DNA from: a virus
Lineage: Duplodnaviria > Caudoviricetes
Strand: one strand, 5' to 3'
Virus record (IMG/VR): IMGVR_UViG_3300044990_000860
Span: 1-25,942 of that record
Length of the DNA: 25,942 nucleotides
Shown here: positions 1-10,399 of the stretch, piece by piece
Numbering within the stretch: position 1 is the stretch's first letter
Layout of the letters: every line of letters starts with the position of its first letter
The notes under the pieces: generated by a model
Told to the model about the DNA's origin: nothing
Seen by the model: the letters and a program-made list of their open reading frames with translations, nothing else
The model's database searches: none
Program-made: the position numbers and the translations under genes

Positions 1-1
1 C

Positions 2-3000
2 GAGTTTGTCGTCCCAAAGTGCCACAAGCTCAGTTTGGTCAAAAACTTGCCAAGATGTTTCACCCAGTTGCACGTAACCTGCTGTGGGAACATCAGTAGC
101 TGGCTGGGGTTGATAACTGTCTCGTAGGGGAAAACGGTTGGTCACATAACTTGTGGGAGGAGTTACAATACGACTGTCACCGGGTGTAATACTCAATACA
201 TCATCACTGGGAATATCGGCATCAACACTACTGAACAAGTTGATCCATTGTATGGTGTTGGTTACATCTTGTGGATTTAAATAAAACTCCACTAGGTTGT
301 TGACCGCTACACCACCAAACTGTCCCAAACGCAGGGCAAATTCTTCAAAGTAATCAAATGTGCTATCTTGAGGAATCAATCCAGTGTTTCGCAGTATAGC
401 GCCCAAGCTGTTGAATGTGCCTTTTTGTCGGATGTATCCTTGGAAAAACTCAAACTCTGTGGCATCTTCCAACAGCAAATCACGTAGATAATCGCGTTGT
501 TGGTAACTAAACTGATGTTTAGCCATGCGATTCAAAACAGGATTGGTTACTACACTTTGACTGTTAATTGACTCTTGTTGTGCTGTTGTTCCATTTATTT
601 TCACAGTATAGGGTTTAGCTTGATCAATGTTGAAAAACCTGGTGAAATCCTTGGCTGTTTTATCAAAGTTGCTGGTTAAAGCCCAGGTGTTACCAGCTTG
701 CGGAACAAGAAAATACCCCGGCGCATCCAAACGTCCAGTCCAATTTCGTGTTCTATGCGTGTAAACCTTTACTCGTGGTTGATATTGGTAAAATAAAGGT
801 TGATAAACTATGTCGTTGAACTGTGTGACATTGTCTAAAATCATCACATGTTCCAGTGTGTTGACAAACAACCGTGCTCCAAAAATAGTATCAGTGTTTA
901 TGGGGCGAATGGTTATTTCTGTATCTTCACGTAGCGTTTCCAAGTTGCGTTCAACTATGGGTGTGCCTGTTTTATTAAGTATGGGATAAACACCACTAAT
1001 AGTGCCGGGAACAAACTGTATTTGTCCTGTTAGACGTCGTAGTGTAACTTGATTACTGCCGGGACTCAAAGCAATAAAGTTGTTGTTGCCCCAAGATCCC
1101 TGGCACCAATAAACAAACTCTCTGGCACTATATTGCCAATCAACTATGCGTCCGTTGTCATCGTTTACTCTATCAAAAACCCAACCCTGGGCAGTCAACC
1201 AACGTCCAAACCCTGTTACTAGGTCTACAACTTGCTGAGGAGTTTCAAGCACTGTTCCATAAAGCACAGTTTCTGTTGTATCCAAGCCCTGTTGCCAAAA
1301 TGTCACTCGCAAGTTACCGAGAGTTTCCACTTGTCGACGCCCAGCAACGTTAGGAGGAATAACAGTGAAGGCACTGCTGTTGTTGTCATAACCAAATACT
1401 TTGTAGCCACCAGTTACTTTCTGTACAACAACGCCACTGTAAAAATATTCACCTATACTACCGCTTCTATACAAGTAGACATTGCGATTTTCAGCAGGCA
1501 CAATACGACTGCTGAAGTTCACTTGACCAAAACTATCAACTAACACTCGCAGTGTGTCACTTTGCACATAACCAGCGAACTTGTGGGCAAGATTGACGTC
1601 TGTGCCTCGTATTACGTTGCCAAGGTAGTTGGTTACATCTTGTCCTTTGCTGACCAAGTATTCACTGAACCAATGCTGTAATCCGCAGCTACCAAAATAA
1701 GTGGTTGTTTGATATTCACTTAAACTTGCAGGTAGGTTCAGCAAGCTGGGATTTTCTCTATGTGCTAGGAACTCTCCGCTGCTTTTTCTTGTTTGTGTGT
1801 CTGTATAAACAAACTGCGGCCAGGGAGTATCTGCAAACAGAGTTTCTGTTCGTGCAACATCCCAGTTGATATCAACAAACTCAGCGGGTTTTGTCAAATA
1901 TCCTGTAAATGCCTGAGTAAATGTGCGACTTTGACTTTTTCTCCATGCTTGTTCAACTGGAGCACCGTCACCAAAATCCCATTCACTTGCCGCTGCTTGT
2001 GTGCTGGGCAAATATTGAACTATACCAGCTGCAAGCGGAGGCAAAAGCTCACCTTGAGTGCCAACAGGGATACACTGCAACAGTCCCGGACGTGCCCATG
2101 CAGGCCAATAGCCAGCAGTGCTACCTTGACGTATCAATCCCTCACTTAGATCCTGCCATAATTTGGTGTTGCCGTTTGTGTAAGGTAATACACCATATTC
2201 TTCAGTCCACCATGTGGGTTGTTGACTAAAGCCCAACATTTCCCAGGGGCGAATGTCAGGACGATCAGTATCGTAAAACAATTGATAGATACCACGCCAA
2301 TAACCTGGCACAGGTTGACCATTTAGATCAGGGACTGTGCGATAGTTAAAGCTAAACTGGTCGTTCAAATCAAAACTTGTGTTTGCTGACACATTAACTT
2401 GGTTTGCAACAGCCCAGCGTTCAAACATGGGACGTTGTATTTGGATTATTTCAGCGCGGGTGTAATCACTTGTGCGCCATTTACCGGGCAGGCGAGTGGT
2501 AATGTTGTATGTAACTTGATTGTCAGGATTACTGTATTTTGGCAGCAGGTTATTGTAAAGGTTGAGTTCAAACTGCAACCAAGCTGCTGCTATTCCTGAA
2601 CTTAACAATGCAGGATTGCTAGTTGCAGTTGCGCCTGTTGTAATCTCAGCTAAGGGCAATCCATCACTGTCAATCATGGTTATTTCCGCACCATCGTGTG
2701 TTTGGATTACCAAGGGATTGTTTGGCTGTGTTGTATCAACAAACACGCGAGGATAATATGCACCTGCGAGTCCCAATCGAGTGCCAGTTGCAGGTATCCA
2801 AGTGCTGGTTGTTGCCTGCTGTGAACAATATGCACCAGCTGGTTGAGTTAAATCATACCCACTGTTGGCCCAGGGACTTCGAGCAGTTTTACCCAAGTTT
2901 ACTTGACGCAGGGCATCTTGCACCCAAACTTGCGGATTTTGATTTAGATTGTAGCCTTGATTTGCGCTGAGATTGAATAGGGAATTGATAAAACGGCTGT

Positions 3001-5233
3001 AAAAAGTTTGATATTGTTTGTCAGCCCAAGTAATCACCAATTGTGGATCAGTATAGCCTGTAATACTGTTAATATCTGTTTGCGGAGTAGAGTTTAATAC
3101 CCCTAGTTTGAGCATGGGTGCGTTGTGTTGTAAAATATAAGTGCCCAGGCTGGGATTTCTGGCAGTATCGCGCCAGTTATTAAATCCCAAACTATCACCA
3201 GTAAAACCAGTTTGATTAGCTATCATGCTGGACAAATGTTCTAGGTATTCACCACGGCTTACAGCACTTATATCTTGGTTGTTGGGATTTCTAGCTAGGT
3301 TCCAGGGTGTCTGCCAAACACCTTGTTGTGTTGTGGGCACTTGGTTGTTGCTCCAAACGCTGATAAAATATCTATCCTGCTCTTGAGCATTATTGACCAA
3401 GACAACACTGGTGTTCTCGACATTATAATCAGTGTTTTGCAACAACTGTGAGAGAACACCTTGACGATTTCTAATGACATTTACACTGGGGACATCGTTT
3501 GCCTCATTAGCAGGTATTTCCACGCCTGTGGGCATGAGCAGGGCATTGTTGGGATAAGCTAAACCTGAAAATACTTTGTTTTGCTCGCCTACACCCAAAA
3601 GTGTTCCTTGATCCATGACGTATTGCAAATCAAGATACTGTCGGCTGTCACTTTGAGCTTGATACCATCCGTTGGCATATTGTTCCGGGACAAAATCATC
3701 AGCAGCTATGCGGGAATATTTCCAGCCCCCAATCGCTGTGGCAATGTTGTCAAGCAAATATGTCCACGTGTCAGTTTGTTGATGGTTTTCAAATATCCAA
3801 TCACCAAACTCATTTAGTTCCACACTTATACCCAAATAAGCATCTGTTGTGCGGAAGTCGCTTGTTTGATAACTGAACAACAAGCTGCCTGTAAATGTGC
3901 TACCGGGGTATGCACCTAGATCATTTAAGGCAATGCCGGAACCATCATAAAGCATCCAAAGTGGACGACTACCAGTCGATACACTTTGTCCCAATTGCCA
4001 AGACGCACCTGTATAGTGCCATGTCTCAATAGCACCTGTTGTTTCTATCAATAAAACTTGATCACCCAGTTGTGCTAGTGTGCTGCTGTCCGAGGGTGAG
4101 CGCGGTTGTGCGGTTAACACACATTGTCCAATAGTGGATAAACCACTTACTTGGTATATTCTGTTGTTTACATGAGAATCCTGATCATTTATAACCAAGA
4201 TTAAATCACCATCTTGCAAAGATCGACCATTTATTGCGGGATTGGCAAGCCCTGTGTAAGTTGCAATAAAGTTGGGATCACTGCTTGTGAAGTTAATATA
4301 ACCACGGCTGGTTGTGCCTTGGTTCCCTAACTCCAAGTTGCGTAGATATTGCAAAATAGGCCGTTGCGGAGGCAGGGCAAAAGTTTCAGTTAGGCTGTTT
4401 TGTGGATTTTCCACAGCCAGTGTTTGGCTGACATTCAAGACATCTAAATGGAACCATCTGTTGGCTAAACTATAACTGTTGCCGTTTAAGGTTCCACGTT
4501 CTTGCACATGATATATTGGCCCTTGATCCACAAACACTCGCAAACCATTTGTGACATCACTTGCCCAATCGTCGTTCACTAGTAGGATTTTTTCACCAAC
4601 ATTGCAAACTATCCAGTCCTGGTTGTTGTATTCAGGACGACTGTCAGCTAGGAATCTTATTTTCAATCCTGTTGTAAAAATAATAGAACCTGTTTGTGAT
4701 GTTCCATTGCTGCCATCAGCGTTGGCTATTGCATAACTGCCAGTGTAAGTGTAACTTGACTGCCCGCGAATATTTTGATAAAAGTCAGTTACATCAAGCA
4801 AATCAATACGTCGAGGACCTTGTGGAACCCAGCGATATTGATTCCAGTTTAAAAACAAGTCGATGTCTACTGGAGGACTCCAGCTATAGTAGCGATTGTT
4901 AAACAAACGCTCGGGAGTTGAAGTTATTGCACCTTGCAACCGCAGTTTGTTTAACAAGTCATCATAAAACAAAATGTTTTGCACTGCACCATTTTGTGGA
5001 TCACGACTGACCACAGTGGGTGAAAGTTGATATTTTTCTCTATCGCTAGTGGGCTCGGGAACATAAAAATCTGTAACAGGATTGTAATAGACTGGATGAC
5101 TGCCCACATACCCAGCTAGAAACTCACTGTTTTCTGGTTGGAACAAATGGTCCACAGTGGCATTGAAAAACTTCGTTAATGCTGCTGTTTGATTAACTTG
5201 AGGAAGTAACTCTACTATTTTGCGATTAGCCAT
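2..5233 (-). CDS. Very large baseplate/virion structural protein (wedge, gp7-position); >=1744 aa, 3' end beyond the window edge
   Basis: ATG at 5233 overlaps the gp6 stop (ATGGCTAA). It reads MANRKIVELLPQVNQTAALTKFFNATVDHLFQP...YYSWSPPVDIDLFLNWNQYRWVPQGP, and the same frame reads ...ELVALWDDKL at the left edge. Its absence from the ORF track is consistent with no in-frame stop. It lies directly after gp25-gp6; the product call rests on position and size. Confidence 0.8.
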   Translation of the reverse strand, partial: MANRKIVELLPQVNQTAALTKFFNATVDHLFQPENSEFLAGYVGSHPVYYNPVTDFYVPEPTSDREKYQLSPTVVSRDPQNGAVQNILFYDDLLNKLRLQGAITSTPERLFNNRYYSWSPPVDIDLFLNWNQYRWVPQGPRRIDLLDVTDFYQNIRGQSSYTYTGSYAIANADGSNGTSQTGSIIFTTGLKIRFLADSRPEYNNQDWIVCNVGEKILLVNDDWASDVTNGLRVFVDQGPIYHVQERGTLNGNSYSLANRWFHLDVLNVSQTLAVENPQNSLTETFALPPQRPILQYLRNLELGNQGTTSRGYINFTSSDPNFIATYTGLANPAINGRSLQDGDLILVINDQDSHVNNRIYQVSGLSTIGQCVLTAQPRSPSDSSTLAQLGDQVLLIETTGAIETWHYTGASWQLGQSVSTGSRPLWMLYDGSGIALNDLGAYPGSTFTGSLLFSYQTSDFRTTDAYLGISVELNEFGDWIFENHQQTDTWTYLLDNIATAIGGWKYSRIAADDFVPEQYANGWYQAQSDSRQYLDLQYVMDQGTLLGVGEQNKVFSGLAYPNNALLMPTGVEIPANEANDVPSVNVIRNRQGVLSQLLQNTDYNVENTSVVLVNNAQEQDRYFISVWSNNQVPTTQQGVWQTPWNLARNPNNQDISAVSRGEYLEHLSSMIANQTGFTGDSLGFNNWRDTARNPSLGTYILQHNAPMLKLGVLNSTPQTDINSITGYTDPQLVITWADKQYQTFYSRFINSLFNLSANQGYNLNQNPQVWVQDALRQVNLGKTARSPWANSGYDLTQPAGAYCSQQATTSTWIPATGTRLGLAGAYYPRVFVDTTQPNNPLVIQTHDGAEITMIDSDGLPLAEITTGATATSNPALLSSGIAAAWLQFELNLYNNLLPKYSNPDNQVTYNITTRLPGKWRTSDYTRAEIIQIQRPMFERWAVANQVNVSANTSFDLNDQFSFNYRTVPDLNGQPVPGYWRGIYQLFYDTDRPDIRPWEMLGFSQQPTWWTEEYGVLPYTNGNTKLWQDLSEGLIRQGSTAGYWPAWARPGLLQCIPVGTQGELLPPLAAGIVQYLPSTQAAASEWDFGDGAPVEQAWRKSQSRTFTQAFTGYLTKPAEFVDINWDVARTETLFADTPWPQFVYTDTQTRKSSGEFLAHRENPSLLNLPASLSEYQTTTYFGSCGLQHWFSEYLVSKGQDVTNYLGNVIRGTDVNLAHKFAGYVQSDTLRVLVDSFGQVNFSSRIVPAENRNVYLYRSGSIGEYFYSGVVVQKVTGGYKVFGYDNNSSAFTVIPPNVAGRRQVETLGNLRVTFWQQGLDTTETVLYGTVLETPQQVVDLVTGFGRWLTAQGWVFDRVNDDNGRIVDWQYSAREFVYWCQGSWGNNNFIALSPGSNQVTLRRLTGQIQFVPGTISGVYPILNKTGTPIVERNLETLREDTEITIRPINTDTIFGARLFVNTLEHVMILDNVTQFNDIVYQPLFYQYQPRVKVYTHRTRNWTGRLDAPGYFLVPQAGNTWALTSNFDKTAKDFTRFFNIDQAKPYTVKINGTTAQQESINSQSVVTNPVLNRMAKHQFSYQQRDYLRDLLLEDATEFEFFQGYIRQKGTFNSLGAILRNTGLIPQDSTFDYFEEFALRLGQFGGVAVNNLVEFYLNPQDVTNTIQWINLFSSVDADIPSDDVLSITPGDSRIVTPPTSYVTNRFPLRDSYQPQPATDVPTAGYVQLGETSWQVFDQTELVALWDDKL

Positions 5234-8200
5234 GTGTTATACCCAGTGTTGCGTTGGTGAAGTCTTGTACAATATCTACGTTAGTTACTCTAGCACTGCT
5301 AATGAATATTTCATCAGGTTGGCATTTGATTTCAAACAAATCGCCAAACTGTGCTTGAGTATTTAAAGGAGTTATAACCACGCTGGCTATAACCGGTGCT
5401 AATCTTATATGTATGTAAGCAGCAAGTTCGGTAAAGAAAAAGCTTTGTCCAAAGTCCCAGTTAATCAAACTAAAGTATTCGTTAATACTTCCTATAACAA
5501 GACTTTTAATTTCATTGTCAGTTACTGTGGTGCCCGATGCTTTGATGACTTTGAAACGCACTTGTAGTTCTTGAGGAGCTTGATTTCCAAATATTACTTT
5601 ATATTTCACTGGATGCCATATTATTTGGTCGGTCATGGTTTTAAATGCTTCCAAGCCTGAAAAAACACTGCGCAGTTGTTCACTAGTAGGCGCTTGTGGT
5701 TCAGCACTGGCTGGAGCATTTGTTGCTATCCAGTTTCTCAAATCTGTATCGTATGTGCTTGTAAGCACATATATGTCAACAATATTCATTATAGCTGGAT
5801 CAATACGTTGCTCGTTGGGAGCATAATGATCATAAATCCATTTTAAACCACGGCGGCCTATTTTCATTTTCCAGCTATTGGTCACAAGCAGCAACTCGCC
5901 GCTGGGACCCCGGCGTATCCACTGATAAAATTGTCCAGTTGTCATCACATATGCAACTTCACCTTGACTCCAAAGGGGATCACTTGCAGGTGGCAGTTGA
6001 TTGGCATATGTATAAATGCGGCTTGTGGGAATAACACGTGGCTGCCAATATTCGTAACCATCACTTGTGGGAACTAAAGTCCAAAATATCATACGCTGTG
6101 CGATGTTTTCTGGGTCTACAATTATATCATATTGGTTGGGATTTAGTGGCAAGCCCAGGGGATTGTTTTCACCACTTACATAGACCTTGGTGTTATCCAC
6201 ATAACCATCAGGATAAATGTCTTGCCCTAGTATGCGCCAAATGTAGTTGGCGCCCAAAGCTGGGGCGGGAGTTGTAGTTGTGGGATCTTGTGGGGCAGTG
6301 TTGATGTCTAATACTGTTATACTGTCTTGTTTGACATCACCGGTGTTTATGTCAATTGTTTTGTATTGAGTGTTGTATAAAAATCTAACATCTCGCACAC
6401 TTTCAAAAACATATCGCTGTGCGCGAGCTGTGAATGTCCATGTGCTGCCAGTAAACGCAGCCAACAGCAACCAACTGCTATCACGATTTGTGTTGGTAGT
6501 GTCACCGCTGTTAGATAAACTCCAAGCACCGGGATTGATATTGCCGCTGGTAATAACTTTCCATTGCGCATTTAGATAATCATATCGAATCCCAAATTTG
6601 TTTTTTCTATCCAAAGCAGTTTGAATATCTGAGGTTTCTTGGGCATTGAACAAGGGATTCCAACTGGCAATTATTTCCGTGGGCTGGTACCCAATAGTGT
6701 TGGCTATAAGAGGTGGAGTAATGCTTATGGCTCCCTGGCCAGTGCTTAACAAGCCATTGTTGGTTCCTACACCTTGTTGGTTGACAGCAGTGACTTCACA
6801 CCATGTGTTGTTGGCATAAAATAAAGCGCCGGGAGCAACTACGTGAAACACACTGCTTACCGAAACGTTGCTACCTACAGTTTGGGCAACATTTCCTTGA
6901 TACAATGCACCAGTGCTAATTTGACTGCTGCTTGTTGCAGTTTGCCAAACAGTTGTGCCTTGACTTTGCAAGTTAGCTCGCGGATAGTAATAATAATAAA
7001 AGTCTTTGACTTCTTGAGCTACACGTTGCTGTCCTTGACTGCCAGTCAGCATGGGTTGAATGTAATTGGTTACAAGAGCTAGACTGTTTTGAGTGTTAGC
7101 CACACTGACTTCCACTTTGTTGGTGCCAGGCTCGTCATACAAGATGCCATCGGTGCTGACAAGCTTTATGTTTTGATAAGTGCCGGTGGGATCGTTTATG
7201 TTAAGAAAGCGGCTTTGTCCACTGTATGTGCGATTTACAGCTTTGACTTTCAGTGCTTGTGTGTTAGTCAAGGGGAATACATTATAGTCTTCGCCGGTGA
7301 CCATGCGGTCTTGAGTATAGTAGTTTTGGCTAGCTGCAAGTTGTATTTGTTGATTGCTGGCACGCAGTTGGCTATTTGCCACTGTTGTTTGCAAACTTGC
7401 GGATAATACCAAGTTGAATGAGTTGTTGAGGTTGTCATTGTAAGTAAATGCAAAGTTAATATTTTGCATGTCAACAGGACGTACTTGATAAGCCAAGCCA
7501 TTGCTTTGGCGATATGTCACACGTATGAAGCCAGTTGGCACGCTACCAAAGTTTCCATCAGCAAATCTTATGCTAATTTGGTCTTGGCCCTGGCTGTCTC
7601 GTGTGTAAACACTGTATATATCTCGAACATTTTTGTTAAGACTGTTATAGATAACATTGAATCCATTCACACTGCTTACAGCAGTCCAATCTTTCAACAC
7701 ATTGCCTTGACTGTCAACATTTTGCACCCACACATCAATATTGTTGATGCCGTTGACGTTTACATCCAGCACACGATTGGCAACAGGATAGTCCAACTGA
7801 TAATCTGTGTACCCCTGTTGTCCTTGTTTAAACATTAGGAAAAATCCAGTATTTGCACTGGTATTACCCAGTCCATCGCTGCGGTAAATCAAATACCAAC
7901 TGTTTGTGGGATTGGGAGCCCGTTCGTAAAATATACCACTAGTTGATGTTGCAACACTTGTAATATCTGCAATGGAAAAGTCTGGATTGACCAGTTCAAA
8001 GTCCATGGTATTGCCAGCAGTGTTACTGGTGTAGGGAAACACACTACTACCATTGTTGTTGGTATTCATTTGGTAAAGTTCGGTGGCAATACCGTTTACA
8101 ATGCCACTTTTAACTGGATTTCCAAAATAGTTGTTGCTGTTTAAACTGCTGTTGATGACTAAGATAAACTGTTCCAACCAATCAGCATTGTTTTGATCAT

Positions 8201-8639
8201 TCCAAGTTATAGGAACATTTTTGAGATTTTGGCCTGTTGCATCATATAAGTCTTGGTTTGTAATAACTGTGGTTATTTTTAGCAAACCTTGGCTGGGCAT
8301 GGCTCTTGGAGCATTATAGCTTAACATCCTGGCAAGACGTATGATACTTTCACGCCGTGTGGCAGTTTCAATAAAGTTTTCGCGTGTGTTGAGATCCATG
8401 CGAAAAGCCAAGCTTTGTCCCAGGTATGCTAGTAGATCAATAATAGCAACAAACTCGCTGCTTTCAATCCAGTCATTGAAATCTTCAGGATAAGTCAGTC
8501 TTATGTAATCCACCATAGCTGCACGTATGGTATCAAAATCATAAGCTGCAAAATTAACTTCGGAGAATGCTTGATATATAACTCGCCAATCTTGAGCATA
8601 AAAAAGTTGGCTTTGACGCTGTTGTTGAGTAACTGCCAT
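5226..8639 (-). CDS. gp6: Baseplate wedge protein, T4 gp6-like (1137 aa)
   Basis: N-terminal DFDTIRAAMVDY...FNDWIESS...IDLLAY...ENFIETATRRESIIRLARMLSY, plus IRFADGNFG and RMVTGEDY motifs typical of gp6/baseplate-J; lies downstream of gp25. Confidence 0.88.
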   Translation of the reverse strand: MAVTQQQRQSQLFYAQDWRVIYQAFSEVNFAAYDFDTIRAAMVDYIRLTYPEDFNDWIESSEFVAIIDLLAYLGQSLAFRMDLNTRENFIETATRRESIIRLARMLSYNAPRAMPSQGLLKITTVITNQDLYDATGQNLKNVPITWNDQNNADWLEQFILVINSSLNSNNYFGNPVKSGIVNGIATELYQMNTNNNGSSVFPYTSNTAGNTMDFELVNPDFSIADITSVATSTSGIFYERAPNPTNSWYLIYRSDGLGNTSANTGFFLMFKQGQQGYTDYQLDYPVANRVLDVNVNGINNIDVWVQNVDSQGNVLKDWTAVSSVNGFNVIYNSLNKNVRDIYSVYTRDSQGQDQISIRFADGNFGSVPTGFIRVTYRQSNGLAYQVRPVDMQNINFAFTYNDNLNNSFNLVLSASLQTTVANSQLRASNQQIQLAASQNYYTQDRMVTGEDYNVFPLTNTQALKVKAVNRTYSGQSRFLNINDPTGTYQNIKLVSTDGILYDEPGTNKVEVSVANTQNSLALVTNYIQPMLTGSQGQQRVAQEVKDFYYYYYPRANLQSQGTTVWQTATSSSQISTGALYQGNVAQTVGSNVSVSSVFHVVAPGALFYANNTWCEVTAVNQQGVGTNNGLLSTGQGAISITPPLIANTIGYQPTEIIASWNPLFNAQETSDIQTALDRKNKFGIRYDYLNAQWKVITSGNINPGAWSLSNSGDTTNTNRDSSWLLLAAFTGSTWTFTARAQRYVFESVRDVRFLYNTQYKTIDINTGDVKQDSITVLDINTAPQDPTTTTPAPALGANYIWRILGQDIYPDGYVDNTKVYVSGENNPLGLPLNPNQYDIIVDPENIAQRMIFWTLVPTSDGYEYWQPRVIPTSRIYTYANQLPPASDPLWSQGEVAYVMTTGQFYQWIRRGPSGELLLVTNSWKMKIGRRGLKWIYDHYAPNEQRIDPAIMNIVDIYVLTSTYDTDLRNWIATNAPASAEPQAPTSEQLRSVFSGLEAFKTMTDQIIWHPVKYKVIFGNQAPQELQVRFKVIKASGTTVTDNEIKSLVIGSINEYFSLINWDFGQSFFFTELAAYIHIRLAPVIASVVITPLNTQAQFGDLFEIKCQPDEIFISSARVTNVDIVQDFTNATLGITHG

Positions 8640-8650
8640 GAGGATCTCTA

Positions 8651-9025
8651 TTAATAACTTTCTGCTGTACGACGATCAAAGTCCAAACTAAATGTCCCTA
8701 TTGCGTTAAATGGAACATAAAACAAATCCATTTGTAACCTTATACCTTGATCAAACGCATTTACTGCAATACTGTTAGCTTGCACACGAGGATCACCATC
8801 GATTACTTTTTGCACTTCATCTACTATGTTTTGACGTGTTAAATCATCAAAAGGATCATATAACATGTTCCAAATAGCACAGCCATATTCTGGCATCATG
8901 ACTCGTTCACCGGGACGGGTGTAAAAAGCATTAAGTAAATCACGTTTTACCAACTCAATGTCAGCAAACTGCTGATTTTTGACGTTGGTTTCCACTGTGC
9001 TATAGCCATAAAACAGTCTTTGCAA
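8651..9025 (-). CDS. gp25: Baseplate gp25-like protein (GPW/gp25 family), 124 aa from TTG 9025
   Basis: LVKRDLLNAFYTRPGERVMMPEYGCAIWNMLYDP...DPRV is the gp25 signature. Start moved from 9094 to the in-frame TTG at 9025 because a late promoter lies at 9061-9068 and AGGA precedes this TTG. Confidence 0.9.
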   Translation of the reverse strand: MQRLFYGYSTVETNVKNQQFADIELVKRDLLNAFYTRPGERVMMPEYGCAIWNMLYDPFDDLTRQNIVDEVQKVIDGDPRVQANSIAVNAFDQGIRLQMDLFYVPFNAIGTFSLDFDRRTAESY

Positions 9026-9060
9026 TGTTAATGTCCTATTGTGCTGGATGTTGTTTTTGA

Positions 9061-9068
9061 TATTTATA
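9061..9068 (-). promoter_or_regulatory. T4-type late promoter TATAAATA driving gp25-gp6-wedge
   Basis: Plus strand TATTTATA = TATAAATA on the minus strand, ~35 nt upstream of the gp25 start; a gp55-like sigma is encoded in the window. Confidence 0.82.
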
Positions 9069-9092
9069 ACAGTTTCAGCCGGAGATTCAAGC

Positions 9093-9127
9093 AAAAGAAA
9101 AGTGCAGTTGGTTTCCCAACTGCACTT
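9093..9127 (-). terminator. Rho-independent terminator ending the leftward island transcript
   Basis: Minus strand AAGTGCAGTTGG-GAAA-CCAACTGCACTT (perfect 12-bp stem, GAAA loop) runs into TTTTCTTTT, just downstream of the 63-aa ORF. Confidence 0.88.
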
Positions 9128-9162
9128 GCTGTTTGATACTTACTTGCCTGTTGCTACGTGCT

Positions 9163-9354
9163 TTAATCACACATCAAAAAGTCCCTACGTTGCTGAGCAG
9201 TGGTCCAATTTTGCACAAAAAAAGTTTGTTTGTGTCCGCGAGCTGACAGTCGTAGAGCTAGCAAGTCAGCCTCGTATTGGCTAAGCTTGTCTGCTACTGC
9301 ATACCTACAACCGTTGTCGTCCTGGCGGACCACCATGAAATGTTGAGTTTCCAT
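9163..9354 (-). CDS. Small hypothetical protein (63 aa), RQDDNG...GHKQ family
   Basis: VVRQDDNGCRYAV...EA...L.ARGHKQTFFV resembles small bacterial proteins I recall being loosely annotated as SPOR-like. It is tightly coupled to the upstream ORF and followed by the terminator. Confidence 0.7.
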   Translation of the reverse strand: METQHFMVVRQDDNGCRYAVADKLSQYEADLLALRLSARGHKQTFFVQNWTTAQQRRDFLMCD

Positions 9355-9356
9355 GA

Positions 9357-9638
9357 TCAGTTCACATAGAGCACTTCTGTGCCCTCTTCGTCTTCGTCAT
9401 GTTCCATCATCATCCACATTTGATAGAGATCAATAAACTCAGGCCAAATTGCTGTGCATTGGGGACAAATCTTGTCAGCCCAGGAATTACCTACCACAGC
9501 CTCACAGCCTCTTACGGGGACAAGGCACTTGCCACACCACCGTCGGAGATCATCAAAAACAGCGCCATGGGGCGTGGGCATGTCGAGAAAAGCTTCTTTG
9601 AGAAGCTCACGGTCAAAACCTTCAGGAAGCGAGTGCAT
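9357..9638 (-). CDS. Putative zinc-ribbon protein with acidic tail (93 aa from ATG 9638)
   Basis: AAGGAG 7 nt before ATG 9638 (MHSLPEGF); CGKC...CPQC pairs; C-terminal EHDEDEEG. Confidence 0.7.
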   Translation of the reverse strand: MHSLPEGFDRELLKEAFLDMPTPHGAVFDDLRRWCGKCLVPVRGCEAVVGNSWADKICPQCTAIWPEFIDLYQMWMMMEHDEDEEGTEVLYVN

Positions 9639-10344
9639 CTTGGAACTCCTTGAGAATATCAGGATCAGCAATGGCAACTGTAATCATGCCATCGTCAACA
9701 ACAATGTTCTGTCCGCCGTTAAGTGCCAGCATCATGCGGCTGTCGCTGGTTTTGGTTTGTATTTTACGGACATATTCGTTAAAACGTTCTTCCACGGAAA
9801 AGCGAAACCGCTCCGCTACATCCATGATCAGCCAGATGCTGGTGGTATTGACCGGTACGGTCCACACTTTGTTTTGCGGGTCCCAGCTGGCATAAAAACG
9901 CTTGTCGCCGTGCGAGCCACGAATGGTTTTCATAGCTGCAACCAGCTCGGGGTCATAGCGAAACTTGAAAACTGCCAGGGTGTCCTTGCTGACAAGCTCG
10001 CGGTCCGCAGGCTTGTTGTTGGGGCTAGCCTCGGGAGCAGGGGCAGCAGCAGGATCATAGGGCTGGGCCTTAAACACAGGATTAACCAGGAAAGCCTGCA
10101 CCACAGCCTCGCCGCCCAACTGCCGCCGGTACTTGTTGACCAGCTTGAGTGCGCCCTGCGCTTGCTTGACAGTGTAGGCACGCCCTTGCTGGGCACGCTG
10201 AGCCAGGCTGTGCCCAAACTCTGTGTCTGCACCCGAAAAGCCCTGTGCGTCATGCTTGTGCGCACCATCGCACACACCAGCCAAGGACATGATCATGCCC
10301 TCAACGGTACGGGTTGCTGTGTGATCCACCATCCAGTGTTTCAA
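9622..10344 (-). CDS. Stand-alone HARP-like domain protein (240 aa)
   Basis: TTG start with AAGGAG RBS (10351-10356). FKFRYDPELVAAMKTIRG...SWDPQNKVWTVP fits the HARP pattern. N-terminal CDGA...D..GF...D..FG.SLA...KQ...KYRRQL module. Confidence 0.72.
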   Translation of the reverse strand: MKHWMVDHTATRTVEGMIMSLAGVCDGAHKHDAQGFSGADTEFGHSLAQRAQQGRAYTVKQAQGALKLVNKYRRQLGGEAVVQAFLVNPVFKAQPYDPAAAPAPEASPNNKPADRELVSKDTLAVFKFRYDPELVAAMKTIRGSHGDKRFYASWDPQNKVWTVPVNTTSIWLIMDVAERFRFSVEERFNEYVRKIQTKTSDSRMMLALNGGQNIVVDDGMITVAIADPDILKEFQDALAS

Positions 10345-10369
10345 GGCATGCTCCTTGCTTTACCTTGCC

Positions 10370-10399
10370 ATACTAGCACGTATGACCCAGCTGTCAACC
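10370..10399 (-). promoter_or_regulatory. Sigma70-type early promoter (leftward), TTGACA-N16-TAGTAT
   Basis: Minus strand GGTTGACAgctgggtcataCGTGCTAGTAT upstream of the HARP gene RBS. Confidence 0.72.

Noticed and set aside
1232-7838. Many short ORFs of 60-125 aa
   Set aside because: All lie within the giant wedge ORF or gp6, antisense or out of frame, with implausible composition.
9026-9094. N-terminal extension of gp25 in the ORF track
   Set aside because: It spans the late promoter and touches the terminator; TTG 9025 with AGGA is the better start.
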